Source of the DNA: a virus | Virus record (IMG/VR): IMGVR_UViG_3300031576_000010 | Coordinates: 1-64,000 of that record | Direction: 5' to 3' (one strand) | DNA: 64,000 nucleotides | Shown here: positions 1 to 9,504 of the stretch, in pieces | Numbering within the stretch: the first letter of the stretch is position 1 | Layout of the letters: each line of letters begins with the position of its first letter | Notes under the pieces: model-generated | Databases searched by the model: none | Told to the model about the DNA's origin: nothing | The model's input: only the letters and a program-made list of their open reading frames with translations | Translations under genes and position numbers: made by a program

Positions 1-1
1 C

Positions 2-670
2 GTTCACGCGGACCTCGGTCGGGTCGAGTGGGAAGGGACCCGCGAGCTAGCCGAGCGACAGGCGAAGCACTACGGTGTCCGGTTCGAGGTCGTGAAGCGG
101 ACCCAGAACGACCTGCTCGACCACGTGGCCGAGCGCGGAATGTGGCCGTCCAGCCAGGCGCGCTACTGCACCAGCGACCACAAGCGCGGCCCAGTTCGTA
201 CCCTCATGACCCGGTTGACCGACGAGATCCGGCGGGTCAACGGTGGCGCCCAGGCCCGCATCCTCAACTGCATGGGGATCCGGGCGCAAGAGAGTCCCGC
301 GCGCGCCAAGAAGGTGCCGTTCGGCTTCGATAAGAGCGCGTCGAACGGGCGCCGCTCGGTCGACACCTGGTTCCCCATCTTCGACTGGTCGGTCGAGGAC
401 GTATGGGCGTGCATCAAGCGGTCGGGCGTCGAGCACCACCGGGCCTACGACCTCGGAATGCCTCGACTGAGCTGTTGCTTCTGTGTCCTGGCCCCCGAGG
501 CCGCCCTGGTGTTGGCCGGCCAGCACAACCGGAAGCTCTTGGACGAGTACGTGGCGGTCGAGAAGAAGATCGGCCACACGTTCCGCAAGAGCCTCCCGAT
601 CCTCAAGGTGCTGGAGAAGGTGGAGGCGGGCGAGCAGGGCGAAGGTGGCGTCGAAAGCTGGTGCATGTGA
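2..670 (+). CDS. PAPS reductase / PP-loop family protein (5'-truncated by window edge)
   Basis: Motifs RYCTSDHKRGP, GIRAQESPAR, PIFDWSVEDVW and YDLGMPRLSCCFC; the frame is open back to base 2 (VHADLGRVEW). Confidence 0.8.
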   Translation, partial: VHADLGRVEWEGTRELAERQAKHYGVRFEVVKRTQNDLLDHVAERGMWPSSQARYCTSDHKRGPVRTLMTRLTDEIRRVNGGAQARILNCMGIRAQESPARAKKVPFGFDKSASNGRRSVDTWFPIFDWSVEDVWACIKRSGVEHHRAYDLGMPRLSCCFCVLAPEAALVLAGQHNRKLLDEYVAVEKKIGHTFRKSLPILKVLEKVEAGEQGEGGVESWCM

Positions 671-1077
671 TGGCCCGGCCGCTCAAACAGATCGCCCGCT
701 ACATCAACGACAACGCCGAGCGCCTCCAGTTGAGCCGCGCGACCGTCGAGGCAACGAGCGTGTCGACCGACCGGCACTGGAGGGGGAGCCGGCTGCGTCA
801 CCCGGGCAAGGGGCGGAAAGGCAACCGCATCAAGGTCTGGGACCTGAAGGGCGAGATCGTACTCGACCACAACGCGGCCGAAACGTACCGGCGCAACGAC
901 GAGGTCGAGCGGTGGCTGGCCGACTGGGAGCGGGGTCGCCGGTGGGCCTTCGACGGGTGGGTAGACCGGAACGGCGTGAAGGCGAAGCCGGCGTTCTGCG
1001 ACTGCCCCGCGTCCGACGAGCCCTACATGATGATGACGGTGCAGCACCTGCCCGGGTGTCCGAGGCTGGAGGGTTGA
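670..1077 (+). CDS. hypothetical protein
   Basis: ATG overlaps the previous TGA (MARPLKQIARY...); phage-like codon usage. Confidence 0.6.
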   Translation: MARPLKQIARYINDNAERLQLSRATVEATSVSTDRHWRGSRLRHPGKGRKGNRIKVWDLKGEIVLDHNAAETYRRNDEVERWLADWERGRRWAFDGWVDRNGVKAKPAFCDCPASDEPYMMMTVQHLPGCPRLEG

Positions 1078-1079
1078 CG

Positions 1080-1631
1080 ATGAACAAGTTGCTCGACGCC
1101 GTCGAATTCGCGACCATCCGGCACGCTGGTCAACTCCGCCAGCGGGCCAAAGGGATCGCGCCCCTACCATACATCGTCCATCCGGTTGGGGTGGCCCGCC
1201 TGGTCGCCGACCACACGGACGTCGACGACGATGTGCTGATCGCCGCCGTCCTGCACGACGTCGTCGAGGACACCGACACGACCGTCGAGGAGGTGGAGCG
1301 CGCGTTCGGCGCCAGGGTCGCCGGCCTGGTCGCCGAGCTGACCGACCCACCAGGTTTGAAGGGGGCGGCCAAGAACGCCAGCCAGCTCGCCCGCATCCAC
1401 GCCATGTCCCACTACGCCCGCATCATCAAGCTGGCGGACAAGACCTACAACGTGCGCGACATCCGGATCAACCCGCCCGGCTGGTCGCGGGCCGCCCGGC
1501 TAGGCTACCTGGAGCACGCCGAAGCAGTCGTGCGCGCGTTCGAGTTCGGGCTGGGGGTCCGGCTGGTCGAGCGATTCGACGCGGAAGCGGCGATGACGCG
1601 CGCCGTCATGATGGATGAAGCGGCCCGCTAG
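1080..1631 (+). CDS. HD-domain (p)ppGpp hydrolase-like protein, stand-alone Mesh1/SAH type
   Basis: FATIRHAGQ, PYIVHP, AAVLHDVVEDT, ELTD and IKLADK motifs of the RelA/SpoT hydrolase domain; no synthetase domain. Confidence 0.85.
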   Translation: MNKLLDAVEFATIRHAGQLRQRAKGIAPLPYIVHPVGVARLVADHTDVDDDVLIAAVLHDVVEDTDTTVEEVERAFGARVAGLVAELTDPPGLKGAAKNASQLARIHAMSHYARIIKLADKTYNVRDIRINPPGWSRAARLGYLEHAEAVVRAFEFGLGVRLVERFDAEAAMTRAVMMDEAAR

Positions 1632-1677
1632 GTAATCCTCTTGCTGGACCGCCACCACTTTGCTAGCTGGGAATCAG

Positions 1678-2397
1678 ATGACCACCTGGCTCGACACCAT
1701 CTGCGACCCGACCGCCAAGAACCGTCCCTCGTTCGTTGCGGCGCCCAAGACCGCGCGGATCAATGGGACGAGCTACACGGTCGCGTCGGACAGCAAGAGG
1801 GTCGTGTTCGTGCCGGGCGACCTCGGGTACGACGCGACCGACCAGCAGGAGGACAACCTGTTGACCGACTTCCACGACCCCGCCGTCGTGGTCGCGACCA
1901 TGGAGGTGGCGGTCGATCGGTTGCGCGGATGGGCGGCCGAACCGGTCGCGTGCGACTACCAGGCGGACCACGGCAAGGGCGTGACGTGTTCAATGTGCCG
2001 GGGGGCGGGCTCGACCGCGTGCGAGTGCGACGCGTGTGGCCACCGCCACCAGTCCGCCTGCGAGGAGTGCCGGGGGACTGGTCGGGGCGGCCTGGCCGTC
2101 TGCCTGGAATGCACGTTCGATCCGGTTGTCGGGCTCCAAACCGAGCGGCTCGGTTGGCTGGCGGACGACGTTCTGGTCAACCGCCACCTGTTCGACGCGA
2201 TCCTCCCGAACGTCACGGACGCGACCATCACGGTCACGACCGGCAACCAATTCGACCCCATCTTCTTGGTGGGGACGTCGTCGGGCATCCGGATCGTCAT
2301 GATGCCCACCAGATCCGACACCAACCGGACGGTCGACAGCCGCTTCAGCCGGTGGCCCACCAGCCCGCCCCGCCGGATGGGCAACTTGCTCGTGTAA
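1678..2397 (+). CDS. hypothetical protein with DnaJ-like CxxCxGxG zinc finger
   Basis: CSMCRGAG, CDACG and CEECRGTG repeats. Confidence 0.6.
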   Translation: MTTWLDTICDPTAKNRPSFVAAPKTARINGTSYTVASDSKRVVFVPGDLGYDATDQQEDNLLTDFHDPAVVVATMEVAVDRLRGWAAEPVACDYQADHGKGVTCSMCRGAGSTACECDACGHRHQSACEECRGTGRGGLAVCLECTFDPVVGLQTERLGWLADDVLVNRHLFDAILPNVTDATITVTTGNQFDPIFLVGTSSGIRIVMMPTRSDTNRTVDSRFSRWPTSPPRRMGNLLV

Positions 2398-2398
2398 C

Positions 2399-3322
2399 AT
2401 GAGTCACCTACAGAACCTACAGCGGCAACGGCAGCGGCGAGAGCGCCGGTCGCTTGGGTTGTGCTGCCGGTGCAGTAGGAAGGCGTTGCCCGACCGTTCC
2501 CTCTGTCAATTGTGTCGAGAGAAAATCTCGCTATCCAGGGCCTGGACCGGACATCGCGCCTGGGCGCAGGTGTGGCGACGTCGCCGATGGGAGCGACGCC
2601 TCTGCTGTGCCGCCTTGTTGGCGGCCGGTCGGGTCGTCCGGTTGACTCGGGTGGACGATCTGGCGTTGTCGCTTGGGATCGCCCGCACCACCGATCTTGC
2701 CCATTTGTACGGGTGCCCGATGTCGATGGTCTCGGCGGCCCGTTGCGAAACCGACACCCGGTATGCGCGCGCTGGACTACGAAAGCTCGGCCTGCTGGAC
2801 CCGACCAAGAGACTCTTGGTGCCAGTCCAGGATGCTCGCCCGCCAGATGATGCATTGTCCGTTCGCGAAGGTCTCGCCCTCTTGCCCGCGATCGTGAGGC
2901 TCGCGCGCGACGAGTACGACCTTACCGATCGCCACATACGTGTGGCTCGCCTGCGTGCTCAAGGATTGCGGTTGAAGCAGATCGGCCAACAGGAGGGGGT
3001 GTCGCGCGAGCGGATCCGCCAGATCGAAGCGGAGGCCATCCGGTTGATGCGTGAGGCGCTCAACCAGTTGAACCGCTTGACCACCGCCGCGGTGATCCAG
3101 TACCGGAAGCGGTACATGATGGAGGCCAATCAACCCCGTCGCCCGTTCCGCACCGCCATTGCCTATCGGGTAGCTGCTGGCGGATGGGCGCTAGGGCTGT
3201 CGTGCGGGCATGTCGTACGGCGCCCGAACATGACCAACGAATCGCTGTGGGATCAGTACGGGAAGGCGTTTCTCGTGCGATGCCAGCATTGCCCGATGGA
3301 ACCGACCGGCGCGACACCATGA
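2399..3322 (+). CDS. sigma-70 region 4 HTH-containing protein
   Basis: LTDRHIRVARLR...LKQIGQQEGVSRERIRQIEAEAIRLMR matches sigma70 region 4.2; Cys-rich N- and C-termini. Confidence 0.65.
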   Translation: MSHLQNLQRQRQRRERRSLGLCCRCSRKALPDRSLCQLCREKISLSRAWTGHRAWAQVWRRRRWERRLCCAALLAAGRVVRLTRVDDLALSLGIARTTDLAHLYGCPMSMVSAARCETDTRYARAGLRKLGLLDPTKRLLVPVQDARPPDDALSVREGLALLPAIVRLARDEYDLTDRHIRVARLRAQGLRLKQIGQQEGVSRERIRQIEAEAIRLMREALNQLNRLTTAAVIQYRKRYMMEANQPRRPFRTAIAYRVAAGGWALGLSCGHVVRRPNMTNESLWDQYGKAFLVRCQHCPMEPTGATP

Positions 3323-3894
3323 CCAAGCCGGTCGACCAGTTCAGCCGGATCCCCGCGAAGGCGGGATGGTGCGACACCACCAAGCTGCCCCGTGGGCCGA
3401 ACGGCAGAGCGCACTGCCGGCAGTGCGGCGCGGAAGTGCCGAAGGGGTCGCGGTCGTTCTGCTCGAACGCGTGCATCCACCTGTGGAAGCTGACGACCGA
3501 CCCGGCCTACCAGCGCCAGCACGTCCACAAGCGCGACCGGGGCGTGTGCGCGATGTGCCGGCTCGACACCGACCAGCTCGAACGCGATTTCCGCGAGGCC
3601 CGGCGGGCCAGCTATCGGGAGCGCTATCCCGATCGCGACCCGCCCCACCACACCTCGGACTACTGGCTGTACAGCAACCGGGAAGGGCCCACCGCCCTAC
3701 TCAAGCGGCTCGGGTTCCTGGCGGGTCGATCGTTCTGGGAGATGGACCACATCGTTCCCGTCGTCGAAGGCGGGGGCGGCTGCACGCTCGCCAACCTCCG
3801 GACGCTCTGCCGTCCGTGCCACCTGGAAGTTACCAGGGCGCTCCGAGCCCGGCGCGCCAAGAACCCGAAAATCCGCAGGAGAGCGATGCCATGA
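3319..3894 (+). CDS. HNH endonuclease
   Basis: RDRGVCAMC...WEMDHIVPVVEGGG...NLRTLCRPCH. Confidence 0.85.
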   Translation: MTKPVDQFSRIPAKAGWCDTTKLPRGPNGRAHCRQCGAEVPKGSRSFCSNACIHLWKLTTDPAYQRQHVHKRDRGVCAMCRLDTDQLERDFREARRASYRERYPDRDPPHHTSDYWLYSNREGPTALLKRLGFLAGRSFWEMDHIVPVVEGGGGCTLANLRTLCRPCHLEVTRALRARRAKNPKIRRRAMP

Positions 3895-4202
3895 AGAACA
3901 TCGGAAGCCACTCGCACGCCGCCATCACCAAGCTGCTGCCCGACCTGGACGCCCAGTACCGTCGCGCGTGCGACGAGCTGGCGGCCGCGCAGGCCAACCA
4001 GGAGATGGCCCGCCAGAAGGTCGAGCAGGCCGAAACGCTCCTGACGACCGCGATGGGCAAGTGGATGGCGGGGTTCCCCCGCCACATCGTCGTCCTGGCG
4101 GCCAGCCAGATCGACGAGCTGGCGGCCCGGCCGTCCGAGCCGCCCGCCGCCCCAACGGTCGAGCCTGGCAACGGGGCCGGCTTGCTGGTCGAGGAGCGGT
4201 GA
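3891..4202 (+). CDS. hypothetical coiled-coil protein
   Basis: ATGA-coupled to the HNH gene; begins MKNIGSHS. Confidence 0.5.
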   Translation: MKNIGSHSHAAITKLLPDLDAQYRRACDELAAAQANQEMARQKVEQAETLLTTAMGKWMAGFPRHIVVLAASQIDELAARPSEPPAAPTVEPGNGAGLLVEER

Positions 4203-4203
4203 A

Positions 4204-4449
4204 GTGAAGCGGCAGCGCCGCCCGCCGAAGGCCCCCCGGTTCCCCCTGACCCTCCCGTTGCTGCCTGGGCTTCGGTGGAAGGGGAAGCTGAAAGTGAGTG
4301 CCCGCTGTCAGGATGGGTACCCGGTCGCGTTCGACGCGGAGATCAATCGACCGGAACCAGAGGTCCGCAACCATCCCGAGCGCTACATCTTCGACCGCAC
4401 CGTCCTGACCGCCAAGCAGTTGAAGGACTGGACCGGATGGAGCGAGTGA
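4204..4449 (+). CDS. hypothetical protein
   Basis: Tightly packed ORF in the operon. Confidence 0.45.
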   Translation: MKRQRRPPKAPRFPLTLPLLPGLRWKGKLKVSARCQDGYPVAFDAEINRPEPEVRNHPERYIFDRTVLTAKQLKDWTGWSE

Positions 4450-4454
4450 TGCTG

Positions 4455-5105
4455 CTACCTTCTGCTCCCGAACGTAGGGGTCTTACGGTGGCACGGGACA
4501 CAGAGGGTTCTGCCGTTCCGGACGTCGAACCGAAGCTCCGGGTATCGCGCGAACGGCTTGATGTGGTCAGCGTTCAGCCGGCCACCACGAGTACCGCATG
4601 TTCGACAGGTGTAGTCGTCCCGCGTGAACACGGCCGTCCGCCAAGTCGCGTACTCAGCGGACATGCGAATTCGAGTGGCTTCCGGAGATGCACCGCCTTT
4701 CCAGTTGTGCGCTTTCTCACCACGTTGAGCCGCAGCGATCTTCGCGCGTGTTTCCGGTCGGCACTCACGTCCAAGCAACGCCTTACGCAGCTTTTCCCTA
4801 ACGCTGGGCCTCGACAGGATCTCCCTGTTCGCCTTCTGAATTCGCTCCAGTGCTTCTGGGCTGTGTCGCCTGCCTGTGTGCTTAGTGATCATCCTGGTGC
4901 GATACGCGGGATCGGCCCATCGCCTCTTCATTCCAGCCGACATCTTCGCGATCGTTTCGGGCGCCTTCTCGACCCCCTTGTTCTGTGTCTTCCCGCGGTG
5001 GGCAGCGGCCATCATCTCGGCATAGCCTGGATCCCTCCAGGACCGAAATTTAGCTTCCGACAGCTTCCTCCTCGTCTCCTTGCTGTGCTTGGACCCCTTC
5101 CGCAC
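4455..5105 (-). CDS. NUMOD3-HNH homing endonuclease
   Basis: Repeated HSxETRxKLS/ETRAKI NUMOD3 motifs, HNWKGG, and RDDYTCRTC...ADHIKPF...NGRTLCVPCH; inserted antisense. Confidence 0.9.
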   Translation of the reverse strand: MRKGSKHSKETRRKLSEAKFRSWRDPGYAEMMAAAHRGKTQNKGVEKAPETIAKMSAGMKRRWADPAYRTRMITKHTGRRHSPEALERIQKANREILSRPSVREKLRKALLGRECRPETRAKIAAAQRGEKAHNWKGGASPEATRIRMSAEYATWRTAVFTRDDYTCRTCGTRGGRLNADHIKPFARYPELRFDVRNGRTLCVPCHRKTPTFGSRR

Positions 5106-5119
5106 ACCAAGAGGATATC

Positions 5120-6754
5120 ATGTACCTCATAGACGGTACGCCACTCCTCTACAGGGCCGCCCACTCCTATACCCTGACAACCTCACGCGGTGAGCCAAGC
5201 GGCATCGTCTACGGAGCGGTTAAGATCCTGTTGGGGCTCATTCGCAAGCTCGACACCACCACCGCGGAGATAGTCGTGTTCTGGGACCATGGGAGATCAC
5301 GTTATCGGACCGCCCGCTACCCCGCCTACAAGGACACGCCCGCCCGCGCCGCATCCAAGGCGATGTTGCCAGGAGGATCGTTCCAGGATCAGCGGGCCGC
5401 CGTCCATGCCATCTTCCAGGCGAAGGGGATCCGACAGGTCTCGGTCGAGGGAATCGAAGCGGATGACCTCATCGCCATCGCGACGACCACCGGCACTCAT
5501 GTGGTCGTGTCGGACGATCTAGACCTTTGGCAGCTCATCGGGCAGCGCGGCACCCAGGTGTACGCGCCCGTCAAGGAGATGTGGGTCCGCGATCGGGACG
5601 ACTGCTTCAAGCTGACGGGCCTGTGGCCCGAGCAGATCGCCCCCTACAAATCACTTTCCGGTGATCCAAGTGACGGACTACCCGGCGTCACGGGCGTGGG
5701 CGACAAGACCGCCAAGCAGCTCCTGTCGGTCGTCCAAGACCTCGCCGAGCTGTACCGACGGCTTCGCACACCTGGCGACCGCTTGCCCGTCAGCGACCGG
5801 ATCGTCAACGCGCTGCTCGCCGAGGAGGATCGAGTCAAGCTGTGGTTCGACCTGTGCCAGCCGCTCGATTGGTCGATGCTGTCGCCCGCCGAGCAGGCCG
5901 GCTTTCTGGCCGGATGGCAGGGCCCCCTCCAGACCGACCGGACCGCCGAGTTCGAGCTGTACGAATCGTGGGAGCTGTACGAGTTCCGCCGGAAGCTATC
6001 GGAAGTCCCGTGGACCCGCCCGATCGCGGAGCCGGAGGTCCCGCGGGGCGATAGGATCGCCCGCCGGGGCATGCCGGCCAACCCGGACGATTGGCAGGTC
6101 CAACAGGCCGCCACCGCCGCGCAGGTGCGAGGCTGTCATGCCTGCACGATGCGACAGGAGTGCAGCGGGCCAGTTCCCGGCAACGTCGAGCGCGCGACTG
6201 AACGGCCGTGGGCCATGATCGTTGGGCGCAACCCAGGCGCCTCGGAGGACCGGGAAGGTCGTGGGTTCGTGGGGCCGGCGGGCAAGCGGCTCAACCAGTT
6301 GCTCGTCGGTCGAGCGGCCGATGAACGTGAGGTCCACGGCCGGTTGATCGAGCGCGCGACCACCTGGGTGACCAACACAGCGAAATGCTGGACAACAGGC
6401 AATCGAGAACCAGAGCCGCATGAGTGGCAGGTGTGCGCGGGGCTATTTCTCCGGGAAGAGATCCGGGCGATTCAGCCACGCCTCATCCTATCGTTCGGCG
6501 CGCTTGCGATGACTGCCTTGACAGGGTATACTGACTCCATCATGCAGCGATCCGGCACGACCGTCGCGGGCGTGGAAGCAAATGGGATAGTACAGTACGC
6601 CGTGCTGGATGGCGGGGAACGCCGGTGGGACCCTGTCATACCGCCCGCCTGCACGATCGTGTTGCTGCCCCACCCTGCCGCCGCGCTACGGACCAGGCAA
6701 GCGGAGCTGAAGCTCCAGCAGGCCGGCAGAGTTGTTGCGGATCTTCTCAAGTGA
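5120..6754 (+). CDS. 5'-3' exonuclease (PolA-N/FEN type) fused to family-4 uracil-DNA glycosylase-like domain
   Basis: N-terminal LIDG...EADD...SDDLDLWQL...GDPSDGLPGVTGVGDKTA; C-terminal CHACTMR...IVGRNPGASEDREGRGFVGPAGKRL, TNTAKC, NREP, LPHPAA. Confidence 0.85.
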   Translation: MYLIDGTPLLYRAAHSYTLTTSRGEPSGIVYGAVKILLGLIRKLDTTTAEIVVFWDHGRSRYRTARYPAYKDTPARAASKAMLPGGSFQDQRAAVHAIFQAKGIRQVSVEGIEADDLIAIATTTGTHVVVSDDLDLWQLIGQRGTQVYAPVKEMWVRDRDDCFKLTGLWPEQIAPYKSLSGDPSDGLPGVTGVGDKTAKQLLSVVQDLAELYRRLRTPGDRLPVSDRIVNALLAEEDRVKLWFDLCQPLDWSMLSPAEQAGFLAGWQGPLQTDRTAEFELYESWELYEFRRKLSEVPWTRPIAEPEVPRGDRIARRGMPANPDDWQVQQAATAAQVRGCHACTMRQECSGPVPGNVERATERPWAMIVGRNPGASEDREGRGFVGPAGKRLNQLLVGRAADEREVHGRLIERATTWVTNTAKCWTTGNREPEPHEWQVCAGLFLREEIRAIQPRLILSFGALAMTALTGYTDSIMQRSGTTVAGVEANGIVQYAVLDGGERRWDPVIPPACTIVLLPHPAAALRTRQAELKLQQAGRVVADLLK

Positions 6755-7539
6755 GAAGGATTTTCTCAACTAAGCAAGAGCGCCACGTTGCCAGGCGATA
6801 CGTGCAAGGAGCCAGTCTGCAAGCCCTGGCCATGTTTTTTGGTGTTTCGACGCCGACGATTTCCACCGCGCTCAAGCACGTAGGTGTGCGCGCCAGGCCG
6901 GCCCATCGTCATCGCACGTATCGCTGTGATGAGAGCGTCTTCGATACACTGACACGGGACACTGCTTACTGGGTTGGGTTTTTGATGGCAGATGGGTGTA
7001 TCTACTATGATGGGAGTTATCGAATAACTGTGGGGCTACAAAGTCAAGATCGCGCGCACCTGCACAAGCTGCGGCGATTCCTGAGATCAGATCACGCTAT
7101 CACCGAAACGGTGAAGAGGACGACTCAACATCGAGGAGTTCGATACAGCATCAGATCCGGACGACTCGCGCTTGCACTTGGCCGATGGGGTGTAACGCCA
7201 AGAAAGTCCTTTTCGGCGAAAGCGCGTGGTGGAATCGATCAGATGGCATCGTTCTGGCGGGGTGTTGTCGACGGCGATGGGAGCGTCATGCTGACCCGTG
7301 GTAGGCGCTACCCGTGCATCAGCCTCGTAGGCGCGTCGCGTGCTTTACTCAACCAGTTCGTTGCCTTTCTCGCCAGACGCGGGCTCGTTGCCAAAAATCG
7401 TTCTGGCGGATCCGGTCGCTGGCAAGTTGCGGTGTACGGTGAGAGCGCCAGTAGGCTTGCCAAGATCCTGTATACGAAGACCGGCCCAGCTCTTGCGCGG
7501 AAGAGGAAGACAGCGAACAAGCTGATGAAAAACGATTGA
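6751..7539 (+). CDS. LAGLIDADG homing endonuclease with N-terminal HTH
   Basis: AYWVGFLMADG and FWRGVVDGDG motifs; GTG start overlaps the upstream stop. Confidence 0.85.
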   Translation: MRRIFSTKQERHVARRYVQGASLQALAMFFGVSTPTISTALKHVGVRARPAHRHRTYRCDESVFDTLTRDTAYWVGFLMADGCIYYDGSYRITVGLQSQDRAHLHKLRRFLRSDHAITETVKRTTQHRGVRYSIRSGRLALALGRWGVTPRKSFSAKARGGIDQMASFWRGVVDGDGSVMLTRGRRYPCISLVGASRALLNQFVAFLARRGLVAKNRSGGSGRWQVAVYGESASRLAKILYTKTGPALARKRKTANKLMKND

Positions 7540-7564
7540 CACCGGCAAGCCGACGTGCTACGTT
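7536..7564 (+). promoter_or_regulatory. sigma70-like early promoter
   Basis: TTGACA-17 bp-TACGTT with an extended -10 TG; shares the TTGACACnnGCAA motif with 11916, 22586 and 25478. Confidence 0.55.
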
Positions 7565-7592
7565 GAAACCAACAAGCTGGAAGGAAGGGGTC

Positions 7593-8264
7593 GTGGAACA
7601 GATCGAAGCCAAGCAGTCGGAGCCCGCCGAAGGCGAGGTCCGGACGATCACGTGGATGAAGGGGCGGAACGACGGGGTCGTCACCTGGGAGCTGGGCAAG
7701 CTGGGCGTGCTCGCCCGGGAAGCGACCGAGCGGCCGAACGTCGGGGAGATGTGGGTCGTGCAGGTCGTCAAGGACACGGCGCCCGGGACCCACGGGGGCG
7801 TCTTGATCCTCCTGCCCGTCCGAAAGGTCACGGCCGTCGAGATCGACGAGAGTGTCGCGGAGAACGCGATCGAGGACGTCACCAACGTGGTCCAGTTGTC
7901 CGTCAATGCGCTGTGCGAAGACGCGACCGTCGAGGTCGTGCGGACCAGCCGGCTGGTCCGCTACACCATCCAGTCGGACCAAGACACCCGCTGGCTGTTC
8001 GGTCACGATGGCGCGACGATTGCGGCGCTCCGGACGGTTGTGGCGGCCATGTTGTTGCGCGCGGGCGCGCGCGGCTGGGTCGACTTCGGTGAGGCCCCCC
8101 CGGCCGCCGAGTGCGAGTGCGGCGAGCGCTACACCGACCCGGTCGACTTCGACATGCGGACGACCGGGCCGAGCGAGACGGAAGAGCGGTTCGAGGACGA
8201 TCGCCCCACATACTACGCGCGTCGCACGTGCGGGTGCGGGGTGGCGGTCTACATGAGGACTTGA
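7593..8264 (+). CDS. KH-domain (KhpA-like) RNA-binding protein with C-terminal Zn ribbon
   Basis: WLFGHDGATIAALRTVV resembles the KhpA GxxG loop segment; CECG...CGCG at the C-terminus. Confidence 0.55.
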   Translation: MEQIEAKQSEPAEGEVRTITWMKGRNDGVVTWELGKLGVLAREATERPNVGEMWVVQVVKDTAPGTHGGVLILLPVRKVTAVEIDESVAENAIEDVTNVVQLSVNALCEDATVEVVRTSRLVRYTIQSDQDTRWLFGHDGATIAALRTVVAAMLLRAGARGWVDFGEAPPAAECECGERYTDPVDFDMRTTGPSETEERFEDDRPTYYARRTCGCGVAVYMRT

Positions 8265-8267
8265 CTG

Positions 8268-8774
8268 GTGGGGATCCCGCTCTACAAGGCGGCCGTCCTG
8301 ATGGGCTACCAGAAGGCCCACGTGGCCGGGCCAAGAGGCCAGCTCATCCGGGTGTCGATTGGGTCGCCCCTGTTCCCCGGCCAATGGACCGAGCTGAAGA
8401 TCGGGGACGGGTCCGGCATGTACATGCACGGCCGCACCAAGAAACCGATGCTCTGGTGGGTCGCGGAGCAGTGGCTGGCGGACGGCGACCTCCTCAAGAT
8501 CGAGACGAAGGTGGGGGAGGCGGGGGTCGGGCGGGACGAAACCCGCTCGATGGAGATGGTGTTCTCGATCGATCCACGCGCCCCTCTCGTCGAGGTCAAG
8601 TGGAAGGGGCTGGGCTATCGGGACTGGCCCCTCCTGAAGGCACGGGTCCGGGAGGTGTCGCGCACGACCCCCCAGATGGAACGGGACATCTCGATCACCG
8701 CGGTCTATGACGACCGGCAGGACGGCCCGCGCGATAGCGAGGCGGTGGCAACCAAGCGGCAGGCTGACGAATGA
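8268..8774 (+). CDS. hypothetical protein
   Basis: Packed ORF with phage codon usage. Confidence 0.6.
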   Translation: MGIPLYKAAVLMGYQKAHVAGPRGQLIRVSIGSPLFPGQWTELKIGDGSGMYMHGRTKKPMLWWVAEQWLADGDLLKIETKVGEAGVGRDETRSMEMVFSIDPRAPLVEVKWKGLGYRDWPLLKARVREVSRTTPQMERDISITAVYDDRQDGPRDSEAVATKRQADE

Positions 8775-9034
8775 GCGGCCGGCCCATCACCGTCTCGATC
8801 GACTACTTGCCAGACGGATCCAACGACTTGGTCGCCGACGACGTCGTGGTGGTGGCGTTCCGGCGGGACGGCCGCGCGAACGTCGAGACCGTTCAGACGT
8901 TCCAACCGCGCCCCGATCGTCGCATCATGCTGAACGCCGCGAAGGCGCTGCTCGCCGAGCTGGCGGAGGATGAGCGTGACATCTATGGGAAAGCGGCGGC
9001 CAGGGCGCTCGAACGGGTCCACCGGAAACTGTAG
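8771..9034 (+). CDS. hypothetical protein
   Basis: ATGA overlap with the previous gene. Confidence 0.55.
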   Translation: MSGRPITVSIDYLPDGSNDLVADDVVVVAFRRDGRANVETVQTFQPRPDRRIMLNAAKALLAELAEDERDIYGKAAARALERVHRKL

Positions 9035-9183
9035 GGTCCGATGGGTCAACGGACGAGGCGGCGGCAGAGTGGTGGGGGGCGACACGATCAAGTGGATCGC
9101 GCCCGCCGAGTTCATTGTGCCGGTCACCATCGTCACCAGGAACATCGAGCAGGCGCTCGACGCGCTGGGTTGGAGGAAGCGAC

Positions 9184-9504
9184 GTGGACACGATCGTCAA
9201 GTACGTGGGGATCCGGCACGAAGGCGTCTGCATGGTCCGGCGGACCGAGCTGCGAAAGGGCGTGGTCATCCGGATGAACGAGATGACCAGCGTGCCCGCC
9301 TTCGACTGGGGGGACGCCGGAGACCATGACGGAGCCGGCCAGCTCGCGCTCGCGATCCTGTCCGACCACCTTCGCGATGACCTGAAGGCCATCCGGTTCC
9401 GTTCGGCCTACCGGGACGCTGTGATCGCAAGACTCCCGCAAGCCACCTGGGAGCTGCCCGCCGAAGAGGTCGAGCGGGTCGTGAAGGAGTTGCGGGTTGG
9501 CTGA
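9184..9504 (+). CDS. DUF6166-like phage protein
   Basis: FDWG...GAGQLALAILSDHL motif. Confidence 0.55.
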   Translation: MDTIVKYVGIRHEGVCMVRRTELRKGVVIRMNEMTSVPAFDWGDAGDHDGAGQLALAILSDHLRDDLKAIRFRSAYRDAVIARLPQATWELPAEEVERVVKELRVG

